Source: Alphaproteobacteria bacterium
GTDB lineage: Bacteria; Pseudomonadota; Alphaproteobacteria; GM7ARS4; G965262615
DNA: 64,000 nt
Assembly (NCBI GenBank): GCA_965262615.1
Contig: OZ253545.1
Span: 608,001 to 672,000, forward strand
Reading direction: 5' to 3'
The position numbers and the translations under genes were made by a program. Within the stretch, counting starts at the first letter, position 1. The number at the start of each line of letters is the position of its first letter. Positions 49,599-59,604 of the stretch are shown one piece after another. Under the pieces are notes generated by a model. The model was not told the origin of the DNA. It worked only from the letters and a program-made list of their open reading frames with translations, and did not search any database.

Positions 49599-50336
49599 AT
49601 GACAATCAAGATTGTGACAGCCGCCGTGGTCATCATAGGCAATGAGATTTTGTCAGGCAGAACGCAAGACACCAACATCAATGACATTGCCACCGCCATG
49701 ACGGCGCGCGGGATTTCCTTGCGAGAGGTTCGCATTGTTGCCGATGACCACGATGCCATTCGTGACACTGTGCAAGAGATGGCGCGCCGCTATGATTATG
49801 TGGTGACCACGGGTGGCATTGGTCCCACTCATGATGACATCACCGCCGCCGCCATTGCCGATGCCTTTGATGATGAATTGTTGCTCAATGAGGAGGCTCA
49901 TCGTTTGTTGCAGGAACACTATGGTGACAATCTCAATGAGGCGCGTTTGCGCATGGCGCATCTTCCCACAAAGGCGCGCCTTATTGATAATCCCGTGAGT
50001 CGCGCCCCGGGGTTTTATGTGAACAATGTGTTTGTGCTGGCGGGCGTGCCTGTCATCATGCGGGCAATGCTGGAGCATGTGATGCAATTGATGGCGGGGG
50101 GTGATGTCAAGCGGGTGGTCACTTTGTCATTTAACATTGCGGAGGGGGAACTGGCGCAGGGACTGGCATCATTGCAAGAGAGGTTTGCCGATGTGGAAAT
50201 CGGCTCGTATCCGTGGTTCAAGAAGGCATCGTTGGGGGTGCATCTGGTGTTGCGTTCTTATGATGAGACGGCACTGCACGCGTGCGCGCGCGAAATAGAG
50301 CAACTCGCCGACACAAAGATGCTTGACGAATCGTGA
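49599..50336 (+). CDS. CinA-like molybdopterin-binding domain protein
   Basis: IIGNEILSGRT.D.N, GGIGPTHDDIT and GSYP motifs. Confidence 0.9.
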   Translation: MTIKIVTAAVVIIGNEILSGRTQDTNINDIATAMTARGISLREVRIVADDHDAIRDTVQEMARRYDYVVTTGGIGPTHDDITAAAIADAFDDELLLNEEAHRLLQEHYGDNLNEARLRMAHLPTKARLIDNPVSRAPGFYVNNVFVLAGVPVIMRAMLEHVMQLMAGGDVKRVVTLSFNIAEGELAQGLASLQERFADVEIGSYPWFKKASLGVHLVLRSYDETALHACAREIEQLADTKMLDES

Positions 50337-50369
50337 GGCGCGTGTCTCAATTGTTATAGAGAGGATGAG

Positions 50370-51380
50370 ATGACGAAATTTGCCATCAATGGATTTGGGC
50401 GCATCGGACGATTGGTGCTGAGAGCCTTTTTTGAAAAAAAGAGACAAGGTGTCGCACTGCCGTTCACCATTGATGCGGTCAATGATTTGGCATCGCTGGA
50501 GCAGTGTGCTCATTTGTTTAACTACGACAGCGTGCACGGACGCTGGTCGCCGCAGGCGGTCATGGAAAAAGAAGGACTGCGGGTGGATGACAATTTCATT
50601 CATTTTTGCCAAGAGAAAAACCCAGCTCAATTGCCGTGGGGCAAGCGGGATGTTTCATTGGTTTTGGAGTGCAGTGGTGTCTTTACCAGCAAAGACAAAG
50701 CTGCATTGCATTGTGAGGCGGGCGCGGCGCGCGTGTTGGTATCTGCGCCCGCCAGCGAGGCTGATTTGACGGTGGTGTATGGTGTCAATCATGGCTCTTT
50801 GCGACAAGACCATGTGATTGTCTCCAACGCCTCATGCACCACCAATTGCCTTGCGCCGGTGGTGCATGTGTTGGATGAAGCGTTTGGGGTTTCCTACGGG
50901 ACGATGACCACCATTCACTCCTACACGGGGGATCAAAACACGGTGGATCAGTTGCATAGGGATGTGCGCCGTGCGCGGGCGGCGGCTCTTTCTATGATTC
51001 CCACCAGCACGGGTGCGGCAAAGGCGGTGGGTGAGGTTCTGCCTCATTTGCGAGGACGCATTGATGGCTCGGCGGTGCGTGTGCCCACGCCCAATGTCTC
51101 GTTGGTGGATTTTGTCTGTGTGGTGAAGAAAAAAGCAGACACTGAATCGTTGACGCGAGCCATGAAGGAGGCGGCGCAAGGTGCTTTGCGGGATGTTTTG
51201 GTGGTGAATGATGTGCCACTGGTCTCATCGGATTTCAATCACAGCACGGCGAGCGCAACGGTGGACAGTCACGAATTGCGGGTGATGGGAGGGAATTTGT
51301 GTCGGGTGTTGGCGTGGTATGACAACGAGTGGGGCTTTGCCAATAGGATGGTGGATGTGGCGAGTCTCATGACACCATGA
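50370..51380 (+). CDS. gap: Glyceraldehyde-3-phosphate dehydrogenase type I
   Basis: INGFGRIGR, SNASCTTNCLAP and WYDNEWGF motifs. Confidence 0.97.
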   Translation: MTKFAINGFGRIGRLVLRAFFEKKRQGVALPFTIDAVNDLASLEQCAHLFNYDSVHGRWSPQAVMEKEGLRVDDNFIHFCQEKNPAQLPWGKRDVSLVLECSGVFTSKDKAALHCEAGAARVLVSAPASEADLTVVYGVNHGSLRQDHVIVSNASCTTNCLAPVVHVLDEAFGVSYGTMTTIHSYTGDQNTVDQLHRDVRRARAAALSMIPTSTGAAKAVGEVLPHLRGRIDGSAVRVPTPNVSLVDFVCVVKKKADTESLTRAMKEAAQGALRDVLVVNDVPLVSSDFNHSTASATVDSHELRVMGGNLCRVLAWYDNEWGFANRMVDVASLMTP

Positions 51381-51730
51381 CGGGGTCTTGTTTTTTTGTG
51401 GCGTGTGATGCGCGCGGCGCGCGTGAAACTTTGAAGCGCGGTCAGGAATGTGGATGCGAATGGTTCGTGATGAGTCCGTTCGGCACGGCGGGGGGCGGTG
51501 TCGGATGGTTTGTGGCGTTGTTAAGGGTGCATGATATTGGCATGGAGCGAGGAATTATCCACTGCGGGACGCAGCGCGGCATGGCACTGGAGGCTCTGGC
51601 GGCAGGATTCAAGACCATTGTCTGTTTGTCTCCATCACCAGCTCTGCGGTCATTGGCGGCGGCGTATGACGCCACACTGCTCAGCGAGCCTCCCGTTTGC
51701 GATGGTTGCCGCCGGTGCCGTGATGAGTGA
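51377..51730 (+). CDS. Small hypothetical protein
   Basis: Overlaps both gap and thiE; G.GWF.AL...CG...G.AL.AL..G pattern recalled from Rhodospirillales proteins near gap/thiE. Confidence 0.55.
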   Translation: MTGSCFFVACDARGARETLKRGQECGCEWFVMSPFGTAGGGVGWFVALLRVHDIGMERGIIHCGTQRGMALEALAAGFKTIVCLSPSPALRSLAAAYDATLLSEPPVCDGCRRCRDE

Positions 51731-52424
51731 TTCTCCTCTCTATCTTTTGACACCGCCGCGCATTGATGATGAATCATTTTTTTGGCGGCACATAGAAGAT
51801 ATCGTCGGCACGGGCATGGTGGCGATGGTGCAGCTGCGTCTGAAGGGCGCGAGCATGGCGCACCATGACAGTGTGACGCCGCGCCTATTGGCACTGTGTC
51901 GGCAGGCGGGCGTGAGGATGATTATGAATGACGACCCTCAATTGGCATGTCACTATGACTGTGATGGCGTTCATATCGGCAGAGATGACAGTGATGATAT
52001 GCAGGCGGTGCGCCGCTTGGTGGGCAAGACGCGCGTGATGGGTGTGAGCTGTTACGGCTCATTGGCACGAGCTGAGGCGGCAGTGGCTGCTGAAGCGGAC
52101 TATGTGGCGTTTGGTTCATTTTTCTCCAGTGCCACCAAGCCGCATCCATCGGCTCGTCCCGATTTGTCTTTGCTTACGCAATGGATAAGTGCCTCATCGT
52201 GTGCGGCGGTGGCGATAGGCGGCATTGATGTGAGCAATGTGGTCGCGGTGCGCGAGGCGGGGGCAGATTATGTGGCACTGGCGGGAGCGATTTGGAACAG
52301 TGATGACCCCACCGCTATGGTGAAAAAAATCTATCGCCAATGGCATGATAAATCAGGCTCGCCACTCATCAATAAGAACAGACGCTCAATTCCAAGAGCC
52401 ATGCCGGTCACGGCGGGCAGATGA
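51723..52424 (+). CDS. thiE: Thiamine-phosphate synthase family protein
   Basis: LYLLTPP, VQLRLK, DGVHIG, GVSCY, ADYVAFG.FF.S.TK and AIGGI motifs. Confidence 0.88.
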   Translation: MSDSPLYLLTPPRIDDESFFWRHIEDIVGTGMVAMVQLRLKGASMAHHDSVTPRLLALCRQAGVRMIMNDDPQLACHYDCDGVHIGRDDSDDMQAVRRLVGKTRVMGVSCYGSLARAEAAVAAEADYVAFGSFFSSATKPHPSARPDLSLLTQWISASSCAAVAIGGIDVSNVVAVREAGADYVALAGAIWNSDDPTAMVKKIYRQWHDKSGSPLINKNRRSIPRAMPVTAGR

Positions 52425-53284
52425 TCCATTGCGTGCAGAAATGATTCATTGGGCGCGCTGTTCCATAAGGACAAGCGTTCGTGATTGGCGGTGCGCCCTT
52501 GCAGTTCCTCATAGCCGTTGGCGAGCTCCACCCGCACAATGAACAATTCAAAACGATGACTCAAACGAGGCTCATCATCATGAGGGCGCGCCAGCAATGC
52601 CAGAGGCGTTGGGTAATCGGTCAAAAAAGTGATGGCATCCATGCCCAGATGAGGTTCAATGAATTCAAGAAACAGGCGATAGAAAATATCCTCCCAGCTG
52701 TCATCATCATGGGTGGCAACATTGCGCCGCTGAGCTTCTTGTCGCAGCAAGTGCGGCGAGGGAGTCAGAGGATGGTCAATGGTCGCCAGCAAATCCAATT
52801 GAGCGGATTGCTCAAAGGCAGAACACATGGACAGGTGACGAATGGGAGCAGACGCGCAAAGGTGATGATGGCGGTGATGGAAGCCATCAATTCCAAGCTG
52901 TGACACAACATGATGCAACAGTGCGGCACACTCTTGCATCATCTCGGCGTCGGTTTTTTGGCAGCGATACCACTCCAGCAGTGTGAACTCATGGAGATGC
53001 AGAGGCGAGCATTCGTCATTGCGAAAGACGGGCGTGATTTGATAGATGTCTTGCCTGTGCTGAGCGATGAGTTTTTTCATGGCACATTCGGGCGAGGCGT
53101 GCAGATACTGAAGCTGATGGCGGCTCGGCGGCGTGTGCAGAGTCGTTTGCAATCCTTTGATGTGTGGCTCATAGGGCGGATGGTCAGACAGGATGGGCGT
53201 TCGCACCTCTTGCAATTGATGGCTCTGACACCACTCGCGCAGTGTGGCAATCAGCTGATGATAGAGTGGATTGTCGTACGGCAT
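52331..53284 (-). CDS. epmA: EF-P lysine aminoacylase EpmA (GenX/PoxA)
   Basis: YLHASPE.AMKKL, VFRN.E...H..EFTLLEWY, RFELF...ELANG..EL and GMALGIERL motifs. Confidence 0.92.
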   Translation of the reverse strand: MPYDNPLYHQLIATLREWCQSHQLQEVRTPILSDHPPYEPHIKGLQTTLHTPPSRHQLQYLHASPECAMKKLIAQHRQDIYQITPVFRNDECSPLHLHEFTLLEWYRCQKTDAEMMQECAALLHHVVSQLGIDGFHHRHHHLCASAPIRHLSMCSAFEQSAQLDLLATIDHPLTPSPHLLRQEAQRRNVATHDDDSWEDIFYRLFLEFIEPHLGMDAITFLTDYPTPLALLARPHDDEPRLSHRFELFIVRVELANGYEELQGRTANHERLSLWNSAPNESFLHAMDHLPAVTGMALGIERLFLLMSGEPDLSCHWR

Positions 53285-53301
53285 GATGGTATGAGCAGAA
53301 G

Positions 53302-54261
53302 ATGAGCGAAAAAAGACATTATGTGTATGCCGTCACAGACTATCTCAAGGAACGGATGGATGGCAAGGATGAGGCGGCACGAGTGCTGCGCCGTCAGTAT
53401 GTGCCGCATGGTGATGAGCAGCACACGCGCAGCGATGAGTCCGATGACCCCACCGCCGATGAGCATCATAGCCCCTGTGCGGGCATTGTGCATCGCTATG
53501 ATGACCGCGTGTTGCTGATGCCATTGTTGGGATGTGCGGTGTACTGTCGTTTTTGTTTTCGGCGCGCGGTGGTGGGCGGTGGTGCGCTCAGTGCGGCGCA
53601 ATTGCGTGAGGCTCTTTCTTATATCAAAGACAACACCCAGATTCGCGAGGTGATTATCAGTGGCGGTGACCCATTGATTTTGTCGCTGCGCCGACTGCGG
53701 TTTTTGTTGGAATTTTTGCAAGGGGTGAAGCATGTTGATGTGATTCGCATTCATAGCCGTGTTCCTGTGGCTGACCCTGCGCGCATTGACGACAAAATGC
53801 TGGCAGCATTGGATGAGGTGGAGAAGGGATTGTTTCTTGTGATTCATGCCAATCACGCATCGGAATTGCGGCATGAGGCGGTGCGGGCGGTTTGTCATCG
53901 TTTGGGGCGCGCGCGCGTTGCTTTGTTGGGGCAGAGCGTGTTGCTCAAGGGAGTCAATGACTCGGCGGATGCTCTTGAAGGTTTATGGCGGGCGATGGTG
54001 CGTTTGCGCATCAAGCCTTATTATTTGCATCATTTGGATCGGGCGCGCGGAACGAGTCATTTTCGCGTGTCTATGAAAAAAGGGCGGGCGTTGGTGGATG
54101 AATTGCGCGGGAATCTATCGGGCATTGCCCAAGCCACTTATGTCATTGAGACACCGCACGGCAGTGGAAAATCGCCACTGGCACAATCGTGGGTGCAAGA
54201 GCATGGCAATGGGTATATCATCCGTGATTACAACGGCGGCACGCATTTTTATGGCGACTGA
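53302..54261 (+). CDS. epmB: Lysine 2,3-aminomutase-like protein EpmB
   Basis: HRY.DRVLL, CAVYCRFCFRR, SGGDPL, QSVLLKGVND and PYYLHHLD motifs. Confidence 0.92.
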   Translation: MSEKRHYVYAVTDYLKERMDGKDEAARVLRRQYVPHGDEQHTRSDESDDPTADEHHSPCAGIVHRYDDRVLLMPLLGCAVYCRFCFRRAVVGGGALSAAQLREALSYIKDNTQIREVIISGGDPLILSLRRLRFLLEFLQGVKHVDVIRIHSRVPVADPARIDDKMLAALDEVEKGLFLVIHANHASELRHEAVRAVCHRLGRARVALLGQSVLLKGVNDSADALEGLWRAMVRLRIKPYYLHHLDRARGTSHFRVSMKKGRALVDELRGNLSGIAQATYVIETPHGSGKSPLAQSWVQEHGNGYIIRDYNGGTHFYGD

Positions 54262-54866
54262 AGAGATTTCGTGCTGTCTTCCAAAAATTGGCGGGGGCGG
54301 GCATTTTCAGGATACAGTTCTTGCAGACGGCGAATGGCATCGCGCGCCTCGCGCAGTGCCTCCAGTTCTATTGTGCGTTGAATGAGTGCCATCAGTTGGT
54401 CTTGCTCTGTGGTGCGCGCCAGCAATTGATGAAAAATCTCATAGCCGTTTTCATCACGCAGTTGCAGTAATAAATCGGCTTGCAGGGAGAGCAGAGCCAG
54501 ATCATTGGGAAAGAGCTGGCGGGCGCGCTCATAGGTGAGACGGGCGCGATTGAGCTGTCCGCTCACATAATAGCTTTGTCCCAGCATGCGCCATCCTTCC
54601 ACATCGTTGGGTTGTTCTTTGAGGCGCGCGGCGAGTTGGTCAATGCGTGGCAAAAGGTCTGCGGGCATCTGCCACTGTTTCAGTTGAGCTTCACGCAAAG
54701 AGGCATGATAGCTGGCGGGCACAAACGGCTGACCCAACACGCCGTAGAGCACGAGAACAGCCAAAAGGGGAATACCAAGAGCAAGGCGTGAATATGGCGA
54801 TGGCTTGGCAAGAAACCACGCCACAAAAGCCAACCAGAAAACGATGAAAACAAGAAAATCAACCAT
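54249..54866 (-). CDS. cycH: Cytochrome c biogenesis TPR protein CycH/CcmI (short form)
   Basis: TM segments, LY..LG.P, L.ARL...PND.EGW.MLG.SY TPR; last gene of the ccm operon. Confidence 0.78.
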   Translation of the reverse strand: MVDFLVFIVFWLAFVAWFLAKPSPYSRLALGIPLLAVLVLYGVLGQPFVPASYHASLREAQLKQWQMPADLLPRIDQLAARLKEQPNDVEGWRMLGQSYYVSGQLNRARLTYERARQLFPNDLALLSLQADLLLQLRDENGYEIFHQLLARTTEQDQLMALIQRTIELEALREARDAIRRLQELYPENARPRQFLEDSTKSLQSP

Positions 54867-54938
54867 CGTTATCTACAGGCAACATGATTGCTTGTTCCCC
54901 TCGCTTGGTGGTGTCAATGAATATAGTCGCCGTAATCA

Positions 54939-55325
54939 TCAATTTCTTCTTCCTCGTGTGAGCCACCAAAATCCGCCACCGATGAATAAAAACGGCGCAA
55001 GCCACAACAACAGATGATGAAAACTGGGGGGGCTATGGAGAAAAATGCGTTCCCCATAAACAGAACGCAGCCATGTGATGATGTCGTGGTCGCTTGCACC
55101 ATCGGTAATTTTTTGTCTGACGGCAGCGCGCACATTCCGAGCAAAGGGAGCGTTGGATTCATCAATCACTTCTCCTTCACACACAAGACAGCGCAGATTG
55201 CGTGTCAGCAGGCGCGCGCGCTCTTCCAAAATGGGGTCCCGCAGCATCTCGTCAGGTTCAACCGCAAAGGCAGGGGTGGTAATCAAAAGATATGTCAACA
55301 ACAATATCATCATGAGCCGAACCAT
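54939..55325 (-). CDS. ccmH: Cytochrome c biogenesis protein CcmH/CycL
   Basis: PDEML.DP.LE.RAR and LRCLVC...IDESNA motifs. Confidence 0.93.
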   Translation of the reverse strand: MVRLMMILLLTYLLITTPAFAVEPDEMLRDPILEERARLLTRNLRCLVCEGEVIDESNAPFARNVRAAVRQKITDGASDHDIITWLRSVYGERIFLHSPPSFHHLLLWLAPFLFIGGGFWWLTRGRRN

Positions 55326-55828
55326 GCGGCAAGACGCGTCTCATCAAAAGCACCCCGTTCATGATGCACAACGATGCCATCACCATTGATGATAAAACTC
55401 TCAGGCACGCCCACCACGCCCCAAGGAATGGAAGCCAATCCTTTCATGTCAAAAAAAACGGCATCGTAAGGGTCGCCTTCGCGCGCCAGCCAGTCAATGA
55501 CATTGTCTTTGGAATCATTGTAGGCAATGCCGATGATGGTGACATCGTGAGATGGGTTATTTTTGAGCTGAAGAAATAAAGGATGTTCCAAAAGACAGGG
55601 GAAACACCATGAGGCAAAGAAATTAATCACCACCATGGAATGGTGGGGGGGCATGGGGTTGCGTGGCGCATCGGAATTGAGAGACGGCAGAAAGACGGCG
55701 GGCAGAGTTTGTCCGAGCCACGGCGATGGACGCACCCCTTTGACCACATCGGGGCTATGCAATGCCGATAACAAATACAGCACCAAAGCCACACACAGCG
55801 ACAGGGCGATGAGGGTGAGGCGGCTCAT
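55310..55828 (-). CDS. ccmG: Thiol:disulfide interchange protein CcmG/DsbE
   Basis: NFFASWCFPC..EHP and GVPESF motifs. Confidence 0.92.
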   Translation of the reverse strand: MSRLTLIALSLCVALVLYLLSALHSPDVVKGVRPSPWLGQTLPAVFLPSLNSDAPRNPMPPHHSMVVINFFASWCFPCLLEHPLFLQLKNNPSHDVTIIGIAYNDSKDNVIDWLAREGDPYDAVFFDMKGLASIPWGVVGVPESFIINGDGIVVHHERGAFDETRLAAWFGS

Positions 55829-57705
55829 GATTGCCTCCTGCGCCACAATGCCACAATGCCTGCCAGTGCCATCATCACGCCGCCGATCCAGAGCCAAGAG
55901 ACAAAGGGCTTGATCCAATAACGGGTTGTCCATTGTTGGTTTGCGGTTTCATTGATGGGTTCGCTGAACGCCACATAGAGGTCATGTGTCCACAGGCTCG
56001 CCACCGCCGATTCTGTGGTGACCGTGCGGCTTTCGGCGTACAGACGGCGCTCAGGCATCAATGGGATGGCGGTGGTGTCGTCATGGGCGATGATGGTGGC
56101 TTTTTTGCTGATGTAGTTATTCTCCCAGATGTCCTCCACGCGCTGCAGTTCAAATTGCCATGAATTGAGCGAGACGGTCTCGCCGATGGCTTGAAATTGG
56201 ATGGCTTCCTTTTGCCACAGCGATGCGGTTGTGGCGGCGGCAATGACCACCGCCACGCCACCATGTGCCAGCATCATGGGCAGGGCGTGTCGCCACTTGA
56301 TTTTTTGCGTGCGGATAATTCCCATGCTGGCGAAAATAATCCAACAGGCGGCAAAGATGCCGCAAAACGCTATGAGAATGTCTCGCTCTTGTCGCCACAC
56401 GGAAATGACCGCAATGGCACACGAGAGAACAAAGGCAAGGGTGAGGTGACGAACCGTGCCAGACGAAACAAGCCAAGTGGCGCGTCCGTAAGAGCGATGC
56501 GGCGCGACTCCCATCATCAATGCCAAAGGCATCCCCAGCACCAGCAGATTGTAGATATAGTAGGGCGGTCCCACCGAGACTTGTTGAGCCGAGAGCAACG
56601 GATAAAGAGTTCCCAAGAGAATAGAGGCTGCGAGTGCCAGAAGAATGACCGATTGCGCCACCATCATGAAATGACGCGATCCCACAGGCGGCATGGGCGA
56701 TGGCGGCAGACGCGCGCCGCCTCGTCCATACAGCACAATGGCACTGATGGCATAGAGGGCGAAGATGAGCAACAAGACGATGCCTCTGTGCGGGTCGGAG
56801 GCAAAGGCATGGACGGAAGTGATGAGCCCCGAGCGCACCAAAAAAGTGCCGATGATGGCAAATCCAAAAGAGACGATGGCGAGCAGTGTGACCCATCGAC
56901 TGTGACGCTCATCCTTGGTGGCAAGGCTATGGATGAGTGCGGTGGCGGCGCACCATGGAATGAAGGAGGCATTCTCCACAGGGTCCCAAAACCAAAAGCC
57001 GCCCCATCCCAATTCGTGATAAGCCCACCAAGAGCCCAAAAAAATGCCGATGGTGAGGGATGTCCATGCCAGAAGTGCCAAGGGGCGCATGAAGGATAAC
57101 AGATGATTCTTGTCGCTGGGATGACGCAGATGAGCAAACGCCAATGACGCAACGGCGGATAATCCCACATAGCCGCCGTACAGAAAAGGCGGATGGGCTG
57201 CCAGTGCGGGGTGTTGCAACAGGGGATTGAGTCCTTGTCCCTCCAATGCCGCAGGCATGAGACGCACAAACGGATTAGAGAAAAAAACCACCAAGAGCAA
57301 AAACAGGCACAAAAACACGCCATGAATAATGAGGCAATCATGACCAAACGGCGTTTGTTTTGCCTTGCCAAGAACGCGCACCAGCAGCGAGCCGTAAAGG
57401 CTCATGATGAGACACCACATCAACAACGAGCCTTCATGATTGCCCCACGCCGCCGTCAGTCGATACAGCGCGGGGGTGTCCGATGCCGAATGAAACACCA
57501 CCAGCGCGTGAGAAAAATCCGACAAAAAGAATGAGCCCAGCAAAAAGCCAAAAGACAAGACAAGACAGAGCGATGTCAGATGCCACAGACGCACAATCAC
57601 ACGCACAGTCACATCGGCACGGCGGGAATCAAAAGCCGTTGCGATGATGGCAAGGGTCATCACAAAGGCGGTTATGAGTGTGAGGTGTCCCCATTCGGCG
57701 AGCAT
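55825..57705 (-). CDS. ccmF: Heme lyase CcmF
   Basis: WGNHEGS, GLNPLLQ, HPP and WAY.ELGWGGFWFWDPVENAS motifs. Confidence 0.96.
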   Translation of the reverse strand: MLAEWGHLTLITAFVMTLAIIATAFDSRRADVTVRVIVRLWHLTSLCLVLSFGFLLGSFFLSDFSHALVVFHSASDTPALYRLTAAWGNHEGSLLMWCLIMSLYGSLLVRVLGKAKQTPFGHDCLIIHGVFLCLFLLLVVFFSNPFVRLMPAALEGQGLNPLLQHPALAAHPPFLYGGYVGLSAVASLAFAHLRHPSDKNHLLSFMRPLALLAWTSLTIGIFLGSWWAYHELGWGGFWFWDPVENASFIPWCAATALIHSLATKDERHSRWVTLLAIVSFGFAIIGTFLVRSGLITSVHAFASDPHRGIVLLLIFALYAISAIVLYGRGGARLPPSPMPPVGSRHFMMVAQSVILLALAASILLGTLYPLLSAQQVSVGPPYYIYNLLVLGMPLALMMGVAPHRSYGRATWLVSSGTVRHLTLAFVLSCAIAVISVWRQERDILIAFCGIFAACWIIFASMGIIRTQKIKWRHALPMMLAHGGVAVVIAAATTASLWQKEAIQFQAIGETVSLNSWQFELQRVEDIWENNYISKKATIIAHDDTTAIPLMPERRLYAESRTVTTESAVASLWTHDLYVAFSEPINETANQQWTTRYWIKPFVSWLWIGGVMMALAGIVALWRRRQS

Positions 57706-57714
57706 GGCATCACA

Positions 57715-58146
57715 TTATGGCGTGGGTGGTTGGTAGCCACTGGCTTTGAGTGCGGCGGCGACATCGGGCGGCATGTATTGTTCGTCATGCTTGGCGAGTA
57801 CGCGGCTGGCGATGAGAATGTTGTCTTGCATCTTGCCTTCGGCGATGACGCCTTGTCCTTCGCGAAAGAGATCGGGAAGCAAGCCTTGATACCGCACCAC
57901 CAATTCATGGTCACCATCGGTGATGGTGAATGTCACATGGTGTGATTGCTGATTGACACTGCCCTGTGCCACCAATCCACCCGCACGAATGGTTTTATGA
58001 GGCGAGACGGTCATGGTTTGAAGTTGGCTGGGGCTATGAAAATAGATGATGCTATCGCTGACACCATAAAGAGCCAGAGCAATCGCGCTGGCGGTGAGCA
58101 TCAGGGCGGTGATGATGAAAATAAGGCGTTGGCGGGCGCGCGTCAT
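57715..58146 (-). CDS. ccmE: Heme chaperone CcmE
   Basis: Y.G.LPDLFREGQG and VLAKHDE.YMP motifs. Confidence 0.95.
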   Translation of the reverse strand: MTRARQRLIFIITALMLTASAIALALYGVSDSIIYFHSPSQLQTMTVSPHKTIRAGGLVAQGSVNQQSHHVTFTITDGDHELVVRYQGLLPDLFREGQGVIAEGKMQDNILIASRVLAKHDEQYMPPDVAAALKASGYQPPTP

Positions 58147-58247
58147 TATTTTTTCCCAAAAGGATGATTGAGCCATGCCACCACCAACAAAATGACAACG
58201 GCACTGCTCCAAGCGGCGATGATGGTGAATGTGCCCCCGCTAATCAT
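58146..58247 (-). CDS. ccmD: Heme exporter protein CcmD (33 aa)
   Basis: MISGGTFTIIAAWSSAVVILLVVAWLNHPFGKK, a single TM peptide overlapping the ccmC stop and ccmE start. Confidence 0.65.
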   Translation of the reverse strand: MISGGTFTIIAAWSSAVVILLVVAWLNHPFGKK

Positions 58248-58957
58248 ATGGTGTCTTTTTTTGATGTGAGCAAGTGATGCATGCGCCATGCAATCACCAA
58301 GGCGGCATAGCTGGCGGCGGCACACGCCATGACCAGAAGGGGTGTCAGCAAATCGGGATGAATGGCGGAACGCACAAAGGGGACGAGGCTGGCGGGCTGA
58401 TGCAGTGTGTGCCACCAATCAACGGAAAATTTGACGATTGGAACATTGATCAAACCGGCAATAGCGAGCCACGATGCCCGTCTCGCTGCCAGTTCATCGG
58501 AGGCAAAGCCGTGCAGCAGGGCGTAGTGTCCCATATAAAAGAAGAATAAAATCAAGGCAGAAGTGAGACGGGCATCCCACACCCAGTATGTTCCCCAAGT
58601 GGGCTTGCCCCACAGGCTGCCAGTGATGAGGGTGATGAGGGCAAAGGCTGCGCCGACAGGAGATGCCGCACGGGCAAAAATATGAGCCAGTGGCAACCGA
58701 CTTGCCAAAAAGATGATGCTCGCGCCACCAATCAGACTATAAATGAGCAACGCCATCCACGCCGAAGGCACATGGATATACATGATGCGCACCAAAGAGC
58801 CCTGTTGATAATCGGGCGGCGAGCTCCATAGTGCCATCCATGCGCCCACACACCACAGAACGAGGGTGACAATCAGCAGAGGTGTCGCACCATACCGATA
58901 CCACCGCAAAAAAGTAGCGGGACGAAATAAAGAGTGGAAAAAAGATGAGACGGTCAT
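58244..58957 (-). CDS. ccmC: Heme exporter protein CcmC
   Basis: RIMYIHVP, TGSLWGKPTWGTYWVWDARLTS and WWHTLHQ motifs. Confidence 0.96.
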   Translation of the reverse strand: MTVSSFFHSLFRPATFLRWYRYGATPLLIVTLVLWCVGAWMALWSSPPDYQQGSLVRIMYIHVPSAWMALLIYSLIGGASIIFLASRLPLAHIFARAASPVGAAFALITLITGSLWGKPTWGTYWVWDARLTSALILFFFYMGHYALLHGFASDELAARRASWLAIAGLINVPIVKFSVDWWHTLHQPASLVPFVRSAIHPDLLTPLLVMACAAASYAALVIAWRMHHLLTSKKDTI

Positions 58958-59604
58958 GGGTGATGATCCTCAAGGATGCGCGCGCTCATCCATATAAGAG
59001 GAGCAAGCAGCAGGCACAGTAGCACAGCCAGCCACAAGAAGCCATCATGTTGAACACTCATGCTGGATGACGCGCCGAAAATAATGAGGGGGCTGGTGAG
59101 AGGCAGGGTGATGAGGGCATTGATGGCAGCAGGACGGCGCGCATAGAGCGATAAGCACGCGCCCAAAGCCACCAACGCCAGCAGTGTGGGAGATGCCAAC
59201 AACAACGCCGCCATGGTGTTGCCAATGATGGGCACGGGCAGATGATACCATAAGGAAACCAGAGGCACGGTGAGCAACAGGGGAACAAGATGCAGAATAA
59301 ATAGAGCAATGAGTTTTGCCACAATGACAAATTCCGTGAGGATGTCGGCTTTGAGCCACAAATCCAAAGTGCCATGACGGGCGGGTTCGGCAAACAGGCG
59401 GTCAGAGGCGAGCAAGAGGGAGAGCAGCATTGCCATCCACAGCACGCTCACCCCCATCTTGGGCAACAGCTGTGGATTGATGTCGCTGCTCAAAGGAAAC
59501 AACGCCGCAATGGTGATAAAAAACATGAGGCTGAGCAATGAGGAAAATCCTCGCGCTCGCGCCACGAGCCAATCATGGCGAATGATGGCAATGAAGGGTC
59601 TCAT
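58954..59604 (-). CDS. ccmB: Heme exporter protein CcmB
   Basis: Polytopic membrane protein; DRLF.....GTLD and LPL..PLIIFG motifs. Confidence 0.9.
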   Translation of the reverse strand: MRPFIAIIRHDWLVARARGFSSLLSLMFFITIAALFPLSSDINPQLLPKMGVSVLWMAMLLSLLLASDRLFAEPARHGTLDLWLKADILTEFVIVAKLIALFILHLVPLLLTVPLVSLWYHLPVPIIGNTMAALLLASPTLLALVALGACLSLYARRPAAINALITLPLTSPLIIFGASSSMSVQHDGFLWLAVLLCLLLAPLIWMSARILEDHHP

